27,584 bases of DNA from an uncultured Chitinophagales bacterium (GCA_964451125.1 CAYVGM010000006.1:1-27584); one strand, 5' to 3'; shown: positions 9,951 to 20,600, numbered from the stretch's first letter. Notes: generated by a model from the letters alone, not told the origin. Numbers and translations: made by a program.

Positions 9951-10172
9951 TTAATATTCATCCTCATTAAACAAGAAATCTTCTTTTGTCGGGTATTCCG
10001 GCCAGATGTCTTCTATGCTTTCATAAATTTCTTCATCATCTTCCATTTCCTGTAAGTTTTCAATCACTTCCAAAGGCGCACCTGTGCGGATGGCATAGTC
10101 AATAAGTTCATCTTTTGATGCAGGGAAAGGTGCTTCTTCCAAGTATGATGCTAATTCGAGTGTCCAGTACAT
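9951..10172 (-). CDS. DUF2795 family protein
   Basis: MYWTLELASYLEEAPFPASKDELIDYAIRTGAPLEVIENLQ is the conserved Bacteroidetes/Chlorobi DUF2795 pattern. Confidence 0.9.
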   Translation of the reverse strand: MYWTLELASYLEEAPFPASKDELIDYAIRTGAPLEVIENLQEMEDDEEIYESIEDIWPEYPTKEDFLFNEDEY

Positions 10173-10209
10173 AATTTTAAATTTTAGATTTACTATTTTT
10201 TCAGGGTTG

Positions 10210-10217
10210 CAAATATA
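10210..10217 (-). promoter_or_regulatory. Candidate -7 box (TATATTTG on -) for DUF2795
   Basis: Matches TAnnTTTG 38 bp upstream of the start codon. Confidence 0.45.
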
Positions 10218-10270
10218 TACGCTTTTTCAAAAAAACAAAATATTTTTTTTAACGATTTTAATATTGATTA

Positions 10271-10816
10271 TCAGTTGCTTATCCAGATTTTCTCAGGGCG
10301 TCCGTCATCGTGGGCTAATTTTCGGGCAAAAACAAACAGAAAGTCAGACAAGCGGTTTAAGTATTTTATCAAAATGGAATCTGTATTTTCGTGTTCAGCC
10401 AGCCTTACCACACATCTTTCCGCTCTTCGGCAAACAGTACGGGCAACATGGCAATATGCTGATGCACTATTCCCGCCGGGCAATATAAAATGTTTCAACT
10501 CGGGTAAGTGCTCATTCATTTTATCTATTTCATTTTCGAGTAACGTAATCATGCTTTCATTTATTTCAGGCAACATGAGATTTTTCTTTCCCGGTTCTGC
10601 CGCTAAATGTGTGCCAATATCAAATAATCGGCTTTGTATGGAAGTAAAGAGCGCTTGTTGAGCATCATCTGTTAATCCACTTACAATTACTCCTATGCAT
10701 GAGTTGAGTTCGTCAACCGTACCGTATGCTTCAATGCGCAAATCGCCTTTCGATAAGCGCATGCCACCGTAGAGTGCTGTGGTTCCGTCATCGCCCTTTT
10801 TCGTGTATATTTTCAT
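10271..10816 (-). CDS. pduO: PduO-type ATP:cob(I)alamin adenosyltransferase
   Basis: MKIYTKKGDDGTT, RIEAYGTVDELNS, FILPGG, HVARTVCRRAER and YLNRLSDFLF motifs. Confidence 0.92.
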   Translation of the reverse strand: MKIYTKKGDDGTTALYGGMRLSKGDLRIEAYGTVDELNSCIGVIVSGLTDDAQQALFTSIQSRLFDIGTHLAAEPGKKNLMLPEINESMITLLENEIDKMNEHLPELKHFILPGGNSASAYCHVARTVCRRAERCVVRLAEHENTDSILIKYLNRLSDFLFVFARKLAHDDGRPEKIWISN

Positions 10817-10866
10817 AATTATCTGTTAATAGATGAATAAATGAGGTTTAGGTTGCAAAAAATATG

Positions 10867-11994
10867 TTAGTCATATTTCATCACCTGAATTTGCTTGATG
10901 ATTTCAATTGTACTTTGTATATCTGCCGGTGTGGTATATTTTCCCAAACTAAAACGAATACAATGTTCAGCATTTTCTTTGTTTAAGCCCATAGCGGAAA
11001 GTACATGCGAGGGCTTATTTACCTCAGAAGTACAAGCAGATCCCGTAGAAACAGCCAGTTTAGTTTTTGTTTGCCGTATGAAATCTGCTGCTTTAAATGG
11101 AAATTCAATATTAGAAGTATTTGGAATTCGCAGTACATTTTTTCCATTAATTTGTATCCGGTTTCCAAAATGTTTCATTAAAGAAAATTCAAATTCATTG
11201 CGGAGCTTTTCCAAGGAAATATCGAACGCAAAAAGTTCTACCGCCTTTCCGAGAGCAACAATGCCGGGAACATTCAGTGTCCCGCTTCTTTTTCCTTGCT
11301 CATGCCCTCCGCCATGAAGGAGCGGTTCCAAAATTACCCGCGGATTTTTGCGTCTGGTATACAAACATCCCACACCTTTTGGTGCATAAATTTTATGACC
11401 GCTTATGCATAGCATATCTATTCCATCTTTATCCACATCAACAGGAATTTTCCCTATGGCTTGTGTCGCATCGCAAAAGAAGATGGAGTTTTTTTGATGA
11501 ATAATATCAGCAATTTCCCGGATAGGCTGTGCTACACCGGTTTCATTATTGGCATACATGACTGCAACCAGAACAGTCTGTGGTGTAATAGCAGATTCCA
11601 GCTGATTTAAATCTATCAAGCCGTTTTTATCTACATCCAGATAAGTGATCAATGCACCTTTGCCGGATAAAAAATGGCAGGTATCCAATACGGCATTGTG
11701 TTCGGATTTTACAGTAATAATATGCTTGCCTTTGGTTTGATATAAATTCCAAACTCCTTTGATGGCTAAGTTGATGGCCTCAGTAGAGCCGGATGTAAAT
11801 GTAATTTCCTCGGGTGATGCATTAATTTGTTTTGCGATTGAATGACGGGCAGCATCCACAGCTTGCTTAGCCTGAATACCATAGATATGTGTGGCACTTG
11901 CCGCATTTCCGAATTTTTGTGAAAAATAAGGTAGCATGGCATCCAGCACTTGCTCGTCAACAGGTGTAGTAGCATTATAGTCCAGATAAATCAC
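10867..11994 (-). CDS. iscS: Cysteine desulfurase, group I (IscS/NifS-like)
   Basis: IYLDYNATTP, FTSGSTEA, SGHK (PLP lysine), RSGTLNVPGI and GSACTS (catalytic Cys). GTG start; lacks the long IscS C-terminal extension. Confidence 0.9.
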   Translation of the reverse strand: MIYLDYNATTPVDEQVLDAMLPYFSQKFGNAASATHIYGIQAKQAVDAARHSIAKQINASPEEITFTSGSTEAINLAIKGVWNLYQTKGKHIITVKSEHNAVLDTCHFLSGKGALITYLDVDKNGLIDLNQLESAITPQTVLVAVMYANNETGVAQPIREIADIIHQKNSIFFCDATQAIGKIPVDVDKDGIDMLCISGHKIYAPKGVGCLYTRRKNPRVILEPLLHGGGHEQGKRSGTLNVPGIVALGKAVELFAFDISLEKLRNEFEFSLMKHFGNRIQINGKNVLRIPNTSNIEFPFKAADFIRQTKTKLAVSTGSACTSEVNKPSHVLSAMGLNKENAEHCIRFSLGKYTTPADIQSTIEIIKQIQVMKYD

Positions 11995-12099
11995 CCGTTA
12001 AAGATAGTTAATAGTAGGTGTATTTGCTGATATAATGAAAAGTCTATTTGCTATTTAAACTTGTTTTTCAAACTATATTCATTATTTTGCGATTTTTAA

Positions 12100-14202
12100 A
12101 TGAACGCCTCTTTTCTAATAGAATATCCGAAATGGTTTATCTTATTCTGTCTGTTGGCAGGCGGAGTATATGCGTATTTATTATACGGACGAAAAGTTTA
12201 TGTTTTTCAGGATAAAGAACCGCGCTATTGGAAATATCTGCTGGGTGCATTGCGATTTGCTGCTGTTTCTATACTTACCTTCTTATTGCTTTCACCATTA
12301 ATCAAAACTAAAAAAACAGAAGAAGAAAAGCCAATCGTATTATTGTTAAATGATAATTCTGCATCACTTAAAAGTTCATTTGGTCCTTTTAGTCGCGAGG
12401 AATATCTCAAAAATTTAAAAAAATTACAAGAAAAAATAGCGGATAAATATGTGCTTGCCGCTTATAATTATGGCGATAAACTTACACCCTATCAAACATC
12501 TAATTTTACCGAAAAAGAAACAGATATCAACTCTGCTATTGATGAAGCGTTTTCAAGACATGCTGCAGAAAATATTGGCGCTGTGATTATTACCGGAGAT
12601 GGCATTTACAACAAAGGAAATTCGCCTTTATATAATGCTAAAGCATTACAAGTTCCGGTTTATACAGTTGCGTTAGGCGATACCACATTAAAGAAAGATG
12701 CTTATATCAAATCAGTACGTTGTCCGGATGTTGTTTATTTGGGCGACCAGTTTTCTATCTCTGTTCAGATTGAAGCGCATCACTTAAGAGGTCAGCAAAC
12801 CAGCTTACAAATCATAGATTTTAATGGAAATGTAATTGCTTCAAAAGTGATTTCCGTTACAGATGATAATTATATCGACCAAATAGAAGCCATAGGCAAT
12901 GCTGTCAAGCCGGGTTTATTGCCATTTAAGGTTATGCTCAAACCTTTGGCAGGTGAGATGACAACAGAAAATAATTATGAAACAGCATATATAGAAGTTA
13001 TAGACGGCAGACAAAAAATATTGTTGTTGTATGATGCTCCGCATCCCGATATCAAAGCGTTACGCTATGCCATAGAACAAAATAAAAATTACCAACTGGA
13101 AGCAACGGATATCAAAACGTACTCGGGTAATATTAAAGAGACCGATATGGTCATTTTGCACGGGCTTCCATCTTTAGGAGCATCTTCAAAACTCGGTTTG
13201 CTTTCCGAAATAGTGAATGCTCAAGTGCCTGTCTTTTTTATTTTATCGGCAAATACGAATCTGGCACAATTAAACACACTGCAAAAAGTGTTGCAAATAA
13301 GTGGTTCTGCCCAAAATGGCAATGAAGTTTTTCCGGTTTATAATTCCTCGTTTTCCAAATTTACAGTAAATGAGCAAATGATAAAAACACTGCAAAATTT
13401 ACCACCATTATTGGCACCATTTGGAAAATACACCCTTTCTGCCACAGCAGATGTTTTCTTGAAACAACAAATCGGCAGCATTCCTACCAATAACCCGCTC
13501 TTCTTTTTTAATGAAATTAACGGCAAGAAATCCGGATTTTTTTGTGGCGAAGGCATCTGGCGTTGGCGTATGCATGAATACCTGCAAACTAAAAGCTATG
13601 CTGCAACAGATGAGTTGGTCAATAAATGCATTCAGTATTTGACGGTGAAAAATGACAAACGGAAATTTAAGATTAAACCACTTAAAAATGTATATAATGC
13701 TAATGAGCAGGTGGAAATGGAAGCTGAATTATATAATGAAAGTTATGAGCTGGTTAACGATGAAGATGTGCAATGTGTCGTAAAAGGCGATAATGGAAAA
13801 GAGTTTAACTATGCGCTGGATAAAACACTGAATGCCTATTATCTGAATGCGGGAATTTTGCCCGTGGGCAACTATACAGCATTGGCAAAAACTACATATA
13901 AAGGCAAACCGCTAACTGCTTCATGCAGTTTCTCCGTACGGGCTATCAAAGTAGAAATCATCAACACGCAAGCCAATCACCAGTTGTTGCAGAACTTGTC
14001 GGCACAAAGCGGAGGTAAAATGTACTATCCACAAAATTTGTCGGCTATATTTGATGACTTGAAAAATCAAGCTAAAATGAAAACCATCTTATTTGATACT
14101 TTTAATACCCGTCCACTTATCGACTTTAAATGGCTTTTTGTACTGGCATTACTCGTATTGGCATTAGAGTGGTTTTTACGAAAGTTTAATGGCATCATTT
14201 AG
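12100..14202 (+). CDS. Membrane-anchored VWA-like domain conserved protein (700 aa)
   Basis: Two N-terminal TM segments, LLNDNSASL and IITGDG (vWA/MIDAS-like), Ig-like middle, GIWRWR, and C-terminal TM LALEWFLRK. Confidence 0.75.
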   Translation: MNASFLIEYPKWFILFCLLAGGVYAYLLYGRKVYVFQDKEPRYWKYLLGALRFAAVSILTFLLLSPLIKTKKTEEEKPIVLLLNDNSASLKSSFGPFSREEYLKNLKKLQEKIADKYVLAAYNYGDKLTPYQTSNFTEKETDINSAIDEAFSRHAAENIGAVIITGDGIYNKGNSPLYNAKALQVPVYTVALGDTTLKKDAYIKSVRCPDVVYLGDQFSISVQIEAHHLRGQQTSLQIIDFNGNVIASKVISVTDDNYIDQIEAIGNAVKPGLLPFKVMLKPLAGEMTTENNYETAYIEVIDGRQKILLLYDAPHPDIKALRYAIEQNKNYQLEATDIKTYSGNIKETDMVILHGLPSLGASSKLGLLSEIVNAQVPVFFILSANTNLAQLNTLQKVLQISGSAQNGNEVFPVYNSSFSKFTVNEQMIKTLQNLPPLLAPFGKYTLSATADVFLKQQIGSIPTNNPLFFFNEINGKKSGFFCGEGIWRWRMHEYLQTKSYAATDELVNKCIQYLTVKNDKRKFKIKPLKNVYNANEQVEMEAELYNESYELVNDEDVQCVVKGDNGKEFNYALDKTLNAYYLNAGILPVGNYTALAKTTYKGKPLTASCSFSVRAIKVEIINTQANHQLLQNLSAQSGGKMYYPQNLSAIFDDLKNQAKMKTILFDTFNTRPLIDFKWLFVLALLVLALEWFLRKFNGII

Positions 14203-14223
14203 TTGCACTACAAAAAAATATGT

Positions 14224-14231
14224 TACATTTG
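14224..14231 (+). promoter_or_regulatory. Candidate -7 box (TACATTTG)
   Basis: Matches TAnnTTTG 21 bp upstream of 14252. Confidence 0.45.
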
Positions 14232-14251
14232 TTCCTTAAAATATCAGCTTT

Positions 14252-14821
14252 ATGAAAAGAATTATTGCCTCAATTGCATTATTTATTTTATTGTTAGCAG
14301 CTACACCAAGTTTTGCTATAGAAAAAGGAGATTTCAATATTTATACGACACTTAATTTGGGACACCATAGCTATATCCCCACATATACTACAAAAGGCTA
14401 CGGTTTTGTTCCTGGTGTAACAGTCAATATGGATTATGCTGCTTCACCATATTTTGGAATTGGCGGTTGGTTTACTTTTTCGGGAAGAAAATATAATGCA
14501 GGTTCATTATACGCCATCGACTATAAATACAGAAATTTCGGTGTAGGTGTACGTGGTGTTTTTCATTTGTATCAGTTGATCTCAGAGAAAGGAAATACAA
14601 AATTAGATGCTGAAAAATTTGATGTTTATATTCCTCTTGCAGTAGGTGGTGGTTTCAGATTAAAAGATAAAAATCTTGTCGGAGATAAATTTGGTGCGGG
14701 TGCTATAGTAGGAGCCGGAATCGGAATGTCTTATTATTTCGTTGAACATATAGGTGGCAACCTTGAGGCCGGATATTTAGAAGGTTCTTATGCCAAGCTG
14801 GGTTTGGTATTTAAGTTCTAG
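14252..14821 (+). CDS. Small outer-membrane beta-barrel protein
   Basis: Signal peptide (SFA), alternating Gly/aromatic strands, terminal Phe (LGLVFKF). Confidence 0.8.
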   Translation: MKRIIASIALFILLLAATPSFAIEKGDFNIYTTLNLGHHSYIPTYTTKGYGFVPGVTVNMDYAASPYFGIGGWFTFSGRKYNAGSLYAIDYKYRNFGVGVRGVFHLYQLISEKGNTKLDAEKFDVYIPLAVGGGFRLKDKNLVGDKFGAGAIVGAGIGMSYYFVEHIGGNLEAGYLEGSYAKLGLVFKF

Positions 14822-15169
14822 TACCAGCCAATCTCTCTTAGTGTAAAGTATTTTAACATTTTGTGTGTTTTGTTTTAGAATTTTTACCACATAGAGGTAT
14901 AGATTTTTTTAGGATTAACAATGTTTTCCTTACAAAATTAAGTAAGAATAGGAAAATATAAGAATCGTCAAAGGCGATATTAGGTTTTTGCTTGTAATCT
15001 ATATTGGTTTGTAGCAAGTAACTATTTATGATTAGAAATACTATAATTCTATTTGGTTTAAATCACACAATGGGTTATATTATTATTTTTTACTGATAAA
15101 CTTTCATCAGTAATCCATCCACTTATTTGTACAATCTTACAATCACTAACTTCTTACCGCTTTTTACCT

Positions 15170-15177
15170 TAAATTTG
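15170..15177 (+). promoter_or_regulatory. Candidate -7 box (TAAATTTG) for tnaA
   Basis: Matches TAnnTTTG 17 bp upstream of the start codon. Confidence 0.45.
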
Positions 15178-15193
15178 TTGTCTAAATTTTTGC

Positions 15194-16576
15194 ATGAAAA
15201 GACCTCGGACCTTGGCAGAACCGTTTAAAATTAAGATGGTTGAACCATTGAAAATTACTACAGAAGCTTATCGCAAAACTCAATTAGAGAAAGCATTTAA
15301 CAATCCTTTTTTACTTAAAAGCGAAGATGTCTTTGTCGATTTGCTGACAGACAGCGGAACAGGAGCGATGAGCGAACAACAATGGTCTGCCATGATGTTG
15401 GGCGATGAGAGTTATGCCGGAGCAAGCAGTTGGGAAAAGTTAGAAACAGAAGTTAAAGATTTAACGCAAATGCCTTTTGTTATTCCCACCCATCAAGGCA
15501 GAGCAGCAGAAAGAATTTTGTATGGTATACTTGGAGGAAAAGATAAAGTATTTATCAGCAACACGCATTTTGATACGACACGTGCCAATATAGAATTTAC
15601 GGGTGCGCAAGCTTTTGATGTCATTTATGAGGAGGCTAAAGATCCGCAAAAAGAACTGCCTTTTAAAGGCGATTTGAATGTAGAAGAAGCAGATGCTATT
15701 ATACAAAAATTTGGTGCTGACCGAATAGGTGCTATCGTGTTAACAATTACTAATAACTCCGCAGGCGGTCAGCCTGTAAGTTATAAAAACGCACTTGCTG
15801 TTCGTGCATTGTGCGATAAATATGGCATTTTGCTTGTGCTGGATGCTTGCAGAATTGCCGAAAACAGCTACTTCGTTAAACACCGTGAGGCTGGTTTTGA
15901 AAATCAAACGTATCGCGAAATTGGTACGGCATTTCTGAGTTTGGGCGACGCATTTATTATGAGTGCTAAAAAAGACGGCTTAGTGAATATGGGTGGTCTG
16001 CTTACGCTGAAAGATAAAAAGCTGGCTGAGCAATGTATGAATTTACTGATTATTTCAGAAGGATTTGTTACTTATGGCGGCTTAAGTGGCAGAGACATGG
16101 AAGCCTTGGCTGTCGGATTGCAAGAAGTGTTTGATGATGATTATTTACACTATCGCATAAAAAGTACGGAATATCTAGGCAGGCATTTGAATGAAATGGG
16201 AATTCCAACGGTAAAACCTTATGGCGGACATGCCATCTATGTAGATGCCAAAGCCTTTTATAATCATATTCCCCCGCACGAATATCCGGGGCAAGCCCTC
16301 GTCTGTGATTTATATGTAAAAGGCGGTATTCGTTGTTGCGAAATTGGCTCGGTGATGTTTGGTAAAACGGATGCTCATGGTAATTTTATACCCGCACAAT
16401 TTGAGTTGGTTCGTTTAGCTATTCCTCGGAGAGTTTACACACAAAGCCATATCGACTATGTGATAGATATTTTTGCTGAGTTGAGTGAAGAAAAACAAGC
16501 TTCGAAAGGGATGAAAATTACATACGAGCCTCCATTTTTGCGCCACTTTACTGCACATTTCGAAAGAGTCGTTTAG
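15194..16576 (+). CDS. tnaA: Tryptophanase (beta-eliminating lyase family)
   Basis: EPFKIKMVE, DLLTDSGT, MSAKKD (PLP Lys) and LAIPRRVYT motifs. SAKKD and C-terminal LRHFT favour tryptophanase over tyrosine phenol-lyase (SGKKD, LRFFT). Confidence 0.85.
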   Translation: MKRPRTLAEPFKIKMVEPLKITTEAYRKTQLEKAFNNPFLLKSEDVFVDLLTDSGTGAMSEQQWSAMMLGDESYAGASSWEKLETEVKDLTQMPFVIPTHQGRAAERILYGILGGKDKVFISNTHFDTTRANIEFTGAQAFDVIYEEAKDPQKELPFKGDLNVEEADAIIQKFGADRIGAIVLTITNNSAGGQPVSYKNALAVRALCDKYGILLVLDACRIAENSYFVKHREAGFENQTYREIGTAFLSLGDAFIMSAKKDGLVNMGGLLTLKDKKLAEQCMNLLIISEGFVTYGGLSGRDMEALAVGLQEVFDDDYLHYRIKSTEYLGRHLNEMGIPTVKPYGGHAIYVDAKAFYNHIPPHEYPGQALVCDLYVKGGIRCCEIGSVMFGKTDAHGNFIPAQFELVRLAIPRRVYTQSHIDYVIDIFAELSEEKQASKGMKITYEPPFLRHFTAHFERVV

Positions 16577-16669
16577 TTGATATGCTTTAGTCTGCAAGCC
16601 ATTGATTGCGATATGCAACTACACTATTCTTAAACTTCCCGAAACAACAATTTTCCTATTTTTGCGCCC

Positions 16670-18577
16670 ATGTTGCAAGCTACAAATCTTTCTATCATAT
16701 TTGGCAGTCGTATCTTATTCGACAATGTTACTTTTACCATACAACCGAAAGACCGTATCGGTTTAGTGGGCAGAAACGGTGCGGGAAAATCTACTTTGCT
16801 GAAAACCCTGAATGGCGAAATCACTCCTCAAGAAGGAAGTATCGCCAAACCGAGTTCTTATTCTATCGGTTTCTTGAAACAAGAAATCAGAGCGCAAAAT
16901 GAACCTACCGTATGGCTGGAAGCACAAACTGCATTTCGCGAAATCAATATTTTGCAAGCTAAATTAGATGATATACAGCATCAGCTGGAAACCAGAACGG
17001 ATTATGATACGGATGATTATCTGAATTTATCTCAAGAGTTTTGTGATATCAATGACCGTTTGGTGCATTTGGATATAGACGATAAAGACAAAAACACCGA
17101 ACTGGTGTTAAAAGGTTTGGGCTATCAGCGCGAAGATTTTGATAAAGCGCCATCTACTTTCTCAGGTGGCTGGGCGATGCGCTTAGAGCTTGCCAAATTA
17201 TTGTTGCAATATCCCGATTTATTGTTATTAGATGAGCCGACCAATCACTTGGACATTGAGTCTATTATTTGGTTAGAAAGTTTTTTTAAAACGTATGACG
17301 GTGCGATAGTACTGGTTTCGCACGACAAGAAATTTTTGGATAATGTATGCAATAAGACTGTTGAGTTGGAATTGGGTAAAATGTATGAATACAAAGCCAA
17401 TTATTCCAAATACTTGATATTAAAAGAAGAGCGACGAGAAAAGCAATTACAAACGTATAAGAATCAGCAAGATCAAATCAAACAAATTGAACGCAATATC
17501 GAACGATTTAAAGCCAAAGCCAGCAAGGCTTCTTTTGCACAAAGTTTGGTGAAAAAATTAGATAAAATGGATGTGGTCGAAGTGGAGCAAGATGATGTGC
17601 GTGCCATGCGTTTCCAGTTTCCGATGGGACAACAAAGCGGAAAAGTAGTTGTAAAATCTACGAATCTGGCGAAAAGTTATGGCGAAAAAGAGGTCTTCCA
17701 TGATGTCAACCTTGAAATAGAACGTGGCGATAAAGTAGCTTTTATCGGTAAGAACGGAATGGGCAAAACCACGATGGCAAAAATCATTGCCAAAGAAATC
17801 AATGCCGACTCAGGCAATTTAGATTTAGGACATAATGTGAGCCGAGCTTTCTTCGCGCAGCATCATGCGGAGCATCTTCCCAAAAACCTCACTATTTTGC
17901 AATACATGGAAGATACAGCGCCGCCGGAAACCAGAGCTCAGGTGCGCAATATTTTAGGTGCGTTTATGTTCAGCGGTGAGGATGCCACCAAAAAGATAAG
18001 CGTACTGAGTGGAGGTGAAAGAGCGCGTGTATGCCTTGCACATTTATTGCTCCATACAAGTAATGTGTTGATTTTGGATGAGCCGACCAATCACCTTGAT
18101 ATCAAAGCTAAGGAAGTGCTGAAAGAGGCCATTTCCAAATATCCCGGAACGATCATCGTCGTTTCGCACGACAGGGATTTTTTAGCCGGTATGACCAATA
18201 AAGTGTATGAATTTAAAGATGGTGTAGTTAAAGAATTTGTCGGAGATATCGAAGCCTTTTTTGAAGAACGTCGTTTGCAGGATTTCAGAGAAGTGGAATT
18301 GAGTCAACAGCAAATAGCAGAAAGTACACCCAAAAACACGGTGAACACGGAACAGAAAACGACCAACACTATTGATAAAAAAATCAAAAATCAAATCAGC
18401 AAAATTGAAGCTGAAATTACAGCTAAGGAAACTCAAATCAATACTTTAGAAAAACAAATAACACAATTTTCGGAAGATGGTAAATATGATGAAAAAATTG
18501 CGCAAGATTTGGGCAATGCCAAAGAGCAATTAAACAGCCTGATGGAAGAATGGGAGAAACTAAGCATCGGGATTTAA
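16670..18577 (+). CDS. ABC-F family ATP-binding protein
   Basis: Two ABC domains (GRNGAGKST / GKNGMGKTT, FSGGW / LSGGE, LLLDEPTNHLD twice), linker, no TM segments, C-terminal coiled coil. Confidence 0.92.
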   Translation: MLQATNLSIIFGSRILFDNVTFTIQPKDRIGLVGRNGAGKSTLLKTLNGEITPQEGSIAKPSSYSIGFLKQEIRAQNEPTVWLEAQTAFREINILQAKLDDIQHQLETRTDYDTDDYLNLSQEFCDINDRLVHLDIDDKDKNTELVLKGLGYQREDFDKAPSTFSGGWAMRLELAKLLLQYPDLLLLDEPTNHLDIESIIWLESFFKTYDGAIVLVSHDKKFLDNVCNKTVELELGKMYEYKANYSKYLILKEERREKQLQTYKNQQDQIKQIERNIERFKAKASKASFAQSLVKKLDKMDVVEVEQDDVRAMRFQFPMGQQSGKVVVKSTNLAKSYGEKEVFHDVNLEIERGDKVAFIGKNGMGKTTMAKIIAKEINADSGNLDLGHNVSRAFFAQHHAEHLPKNLTILQYMEDTAPPETRAQVRNILGAFMFSGEDATKKISVLSGGERARVCLAHLLLHTSNVLILDEPTNHLDIKAKEVLKEAISKYPGTIIVVSHDRDFLAGMTNKVYEFKDGVVKEFVGDIEAFFEERRLQDFREVELSQQQIAESTPKNTVNTEQKTTNTIDKKIKNQISKIEAEITAKETQINTLEKQITQFSEDGKYDEKIAQDLGNAKEQLNSLMEEWEKLSIGI

Positions 18578-19293
18578 GTTGACGCAACTTCTTCTTGTTG
18601 TGTTTGTACAATTTCGACTTGCATCACTTCAATAGGCGGAACCCAAGCCGCATGTATTTTTTCATTGATATACGAAATAGATTTTACAGCAAGTAAAGAG
18701 AAAAATGGTGCTGCCAATACATCGATAGTATAATGTACTTTCTGCCACAAAATCATCACTGCAACAGCTATCGTAATGAATATCAACATTCGCTTTAAAT
18801 ATTTTCCTTTAGATACGATGAAAAATAAGAAGCTCGATGAAACATGTCCTGAAAAGAATAAATCATTGACTACCCTGTTTCCATTGTGATGCATATAGAT
18901 TTCTGCGAACGGGTCGCGCAGGAATATCATATCTTCCGGCGCTTGCAGTGGCCATAAATAGATGGTACATGTTCTGAATATCATTAAAAGTGCATAAGCC
19001 TGAAATGCAACAGATAATTCTCTTGGGTTATTGTAAAAAGAGGCGAAGCACAACACTATACCCAGATGAAATAAAACAAAAATGATGGTAGAAAAATCCT
19101 GTGCCTTGAATTGTGACAAAAGTGGATCGTTCAAAATTATGCCCGGTCGGGTTGTAAACTCTGCAATATAGGCTTTACAGTATTTGGCAGAAAACAACAA
19201 GATAGAAAGAGATATCAAAAAGTAGATAATGTGTACCGGAGAGGATAAATACATCTTCCAGTTCAAAAGTCCGTTTTTGATTTTTTGTGTCAT
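18574..19293 (-). CDS. PAP2-superfamily membrane protein, sphingomyelin-synthase-like (PAP2_C)
   Basis: Multiple TM helices; DLFFSGH and HYTIDV catalytic motifs. Stop codon overlaps the ABC-F stop by 4 nt (ttaa). Confidence 0.8.
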   Translation of the reverse strand: MTQKIKNGLLNWKMYLSSPVHIIYFLISLSILLFSAKYCKAYIAEFTTRPGIILNDPLLSQFKAQDFSTIIFVLFHLGIVLCFASFYNNPRELSVAFQAYALLMIFRTCTIYLWPLQAPEDMIFLRDPFAEIYMHHNGNRVVNDLFFSGHVSSSFLFFIVSKGKYLKRMLIFITIAVAVMILWQKVHYTIDVLAAPFFSLLAVKSISYINEKIHAAWVPPIEVMQVEIVQTQQEEVAST

Positions 19294-19437
19294 TATACTT
19301 TAAAAACACAAAAATATAGTATTTTTTTCTTACGAAATACACATTGGTTACAAAAAAATCATTTTAACCAATTATTAAGTAAAACTTCCGTTAAGCTATT
19401 GCTTTGTATGTAAACAAATTCACTGCAATAATTTCGA

Positions 19438-20487
19438 TTATTTTAGGTTTGCCTCAGACAATACACGTAGTCTTTGTTCGTAATCCATTTGCCGGTATTC
19501 ATTCGGAGCTATTTTAAATACAGATTTAAAATAACGCGAAAAAGAAGAAATATCATGGTAGCCAGTATTCTGTGCAATTTCCTTAATTTCTTTCATCCTG
19601 TTCATATTTTCCATAATAATTAAAATTCGCATTTCATTTATTATGTTCTTATATGTATTTTTTTTATTTTTAAGAATTTCCTGCAATTTTCTTGGAGACA
19701 TAAACAATCTTTTGGCTGTATTTTCAAGCGATAAAGGAAAGTTGTCCATGTTGTTGAGTAGGATGGATTTTATAGCATTCTCATATTCTGAATTTTCATA
19801 CATCTCAGGTATTTTCTTAAGCAACATCTCATCCATACTTTTGTATAACTCATAATTTTTATAAGGTATATCTTTGTTTATTACTGATTCGTTATAAATT
19901 ATATTATTGTACAGCCGGTTGGATGCCACCTCACAATTAAATTTTTTTGAGAAAAAAAAGATGCGTTCATTGCTTTTGTTTCCTGCGACATGAAATAACT
20001 CTATTTTTTTGGGTTGAGTGCTTTTGTTAGATAAGGTTTCTTCTATTCTTAAACGCAGAATCAACTCAAAATCTGCCAATGCTTCCATGTCATAATTTTC
20101 TTTATAAAACTGATATGGCATTTGTAATATCCAATGCACTTCATTATGTACCTTATTATATCTTATATTAATAAAATTGCTTATTAGTAATTGGTATTTT
20201 ATCATGCGGTCATGGGCGATATAAATACTTTTACAAGTCAGTAAAAAATGACCGATTAATCCGATATCCAATACACTCAACGGCTTAAATAATTCGTAAA
20301 ATAAATCGATACGGTTTACTTTTTGCCTTACTCGGGTGATTAGGTTAAAAAATATCTCTGCATCTGCCATTTCCAACGAATAGACAGAGGCAATAATTTG
20401 CTCATCACTTTCAAAATCACGCAAAACATAACCCGCATTTTCTAATGCAAAATAGATGCTTCTTAGTATTGACGTATTAATGACCAC
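19438..20487 (-). CDS. AraC-family transcriptional regulator
   Basis: C-terminal double HTH (SLENTAKRLFMSPRKLQEIL; IAQNTGYHDISSFSRYFK) with a long N-terminal ligand-binding-type domain. GTG start. Confidence 0.88.
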   Translation of the reverse strand: MVINTSILRSIYFALENAGYVLRDFESDEQIIASVYSLEMADAEIFFNLITRVRQKVNRIDLFYELFKPLSVLDIGLIGHFLLTCKSIYIAHDRMIKYQLLISNFINIRYNKVHNEVHWILQMPYQFYKENYDMEALADFELILRLRIEETLSNKSTQPKKIELFHVAGNKSNERIFFFSKKFNCEVASNRLYNNIIYNESVINKDIPYKNYELYKSMDEMLLKKIPEMYENSEYENAIKSILLNNMDNFPLSLENTAKRLFMSPRKLQEILKNKKNTYKNIINEMRILIIMENMNRMKEIKEIAQNTGYHDISSFSRYFKSVFKIAPNEYRQMDYEQRLRVLSEANLK

Positions 20488-20600
20488 TGTTTAAAAATAA
20501 TAAAAATACTTGCCCTAGTATACTTTTGCATGTGCTAACCTGTTATTTTGCGTTAAATGTAAATTATTAAGCGTATTATGCTAAGCAGAAGTGAATGAAA

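Noticed and set aside
10817-12099. Cobalamin riboswitch for the adenosyltransferase
   Set aside because: The intergenic gaps (50 and 105 bp) are too short and AT-rich, with no B12-box.
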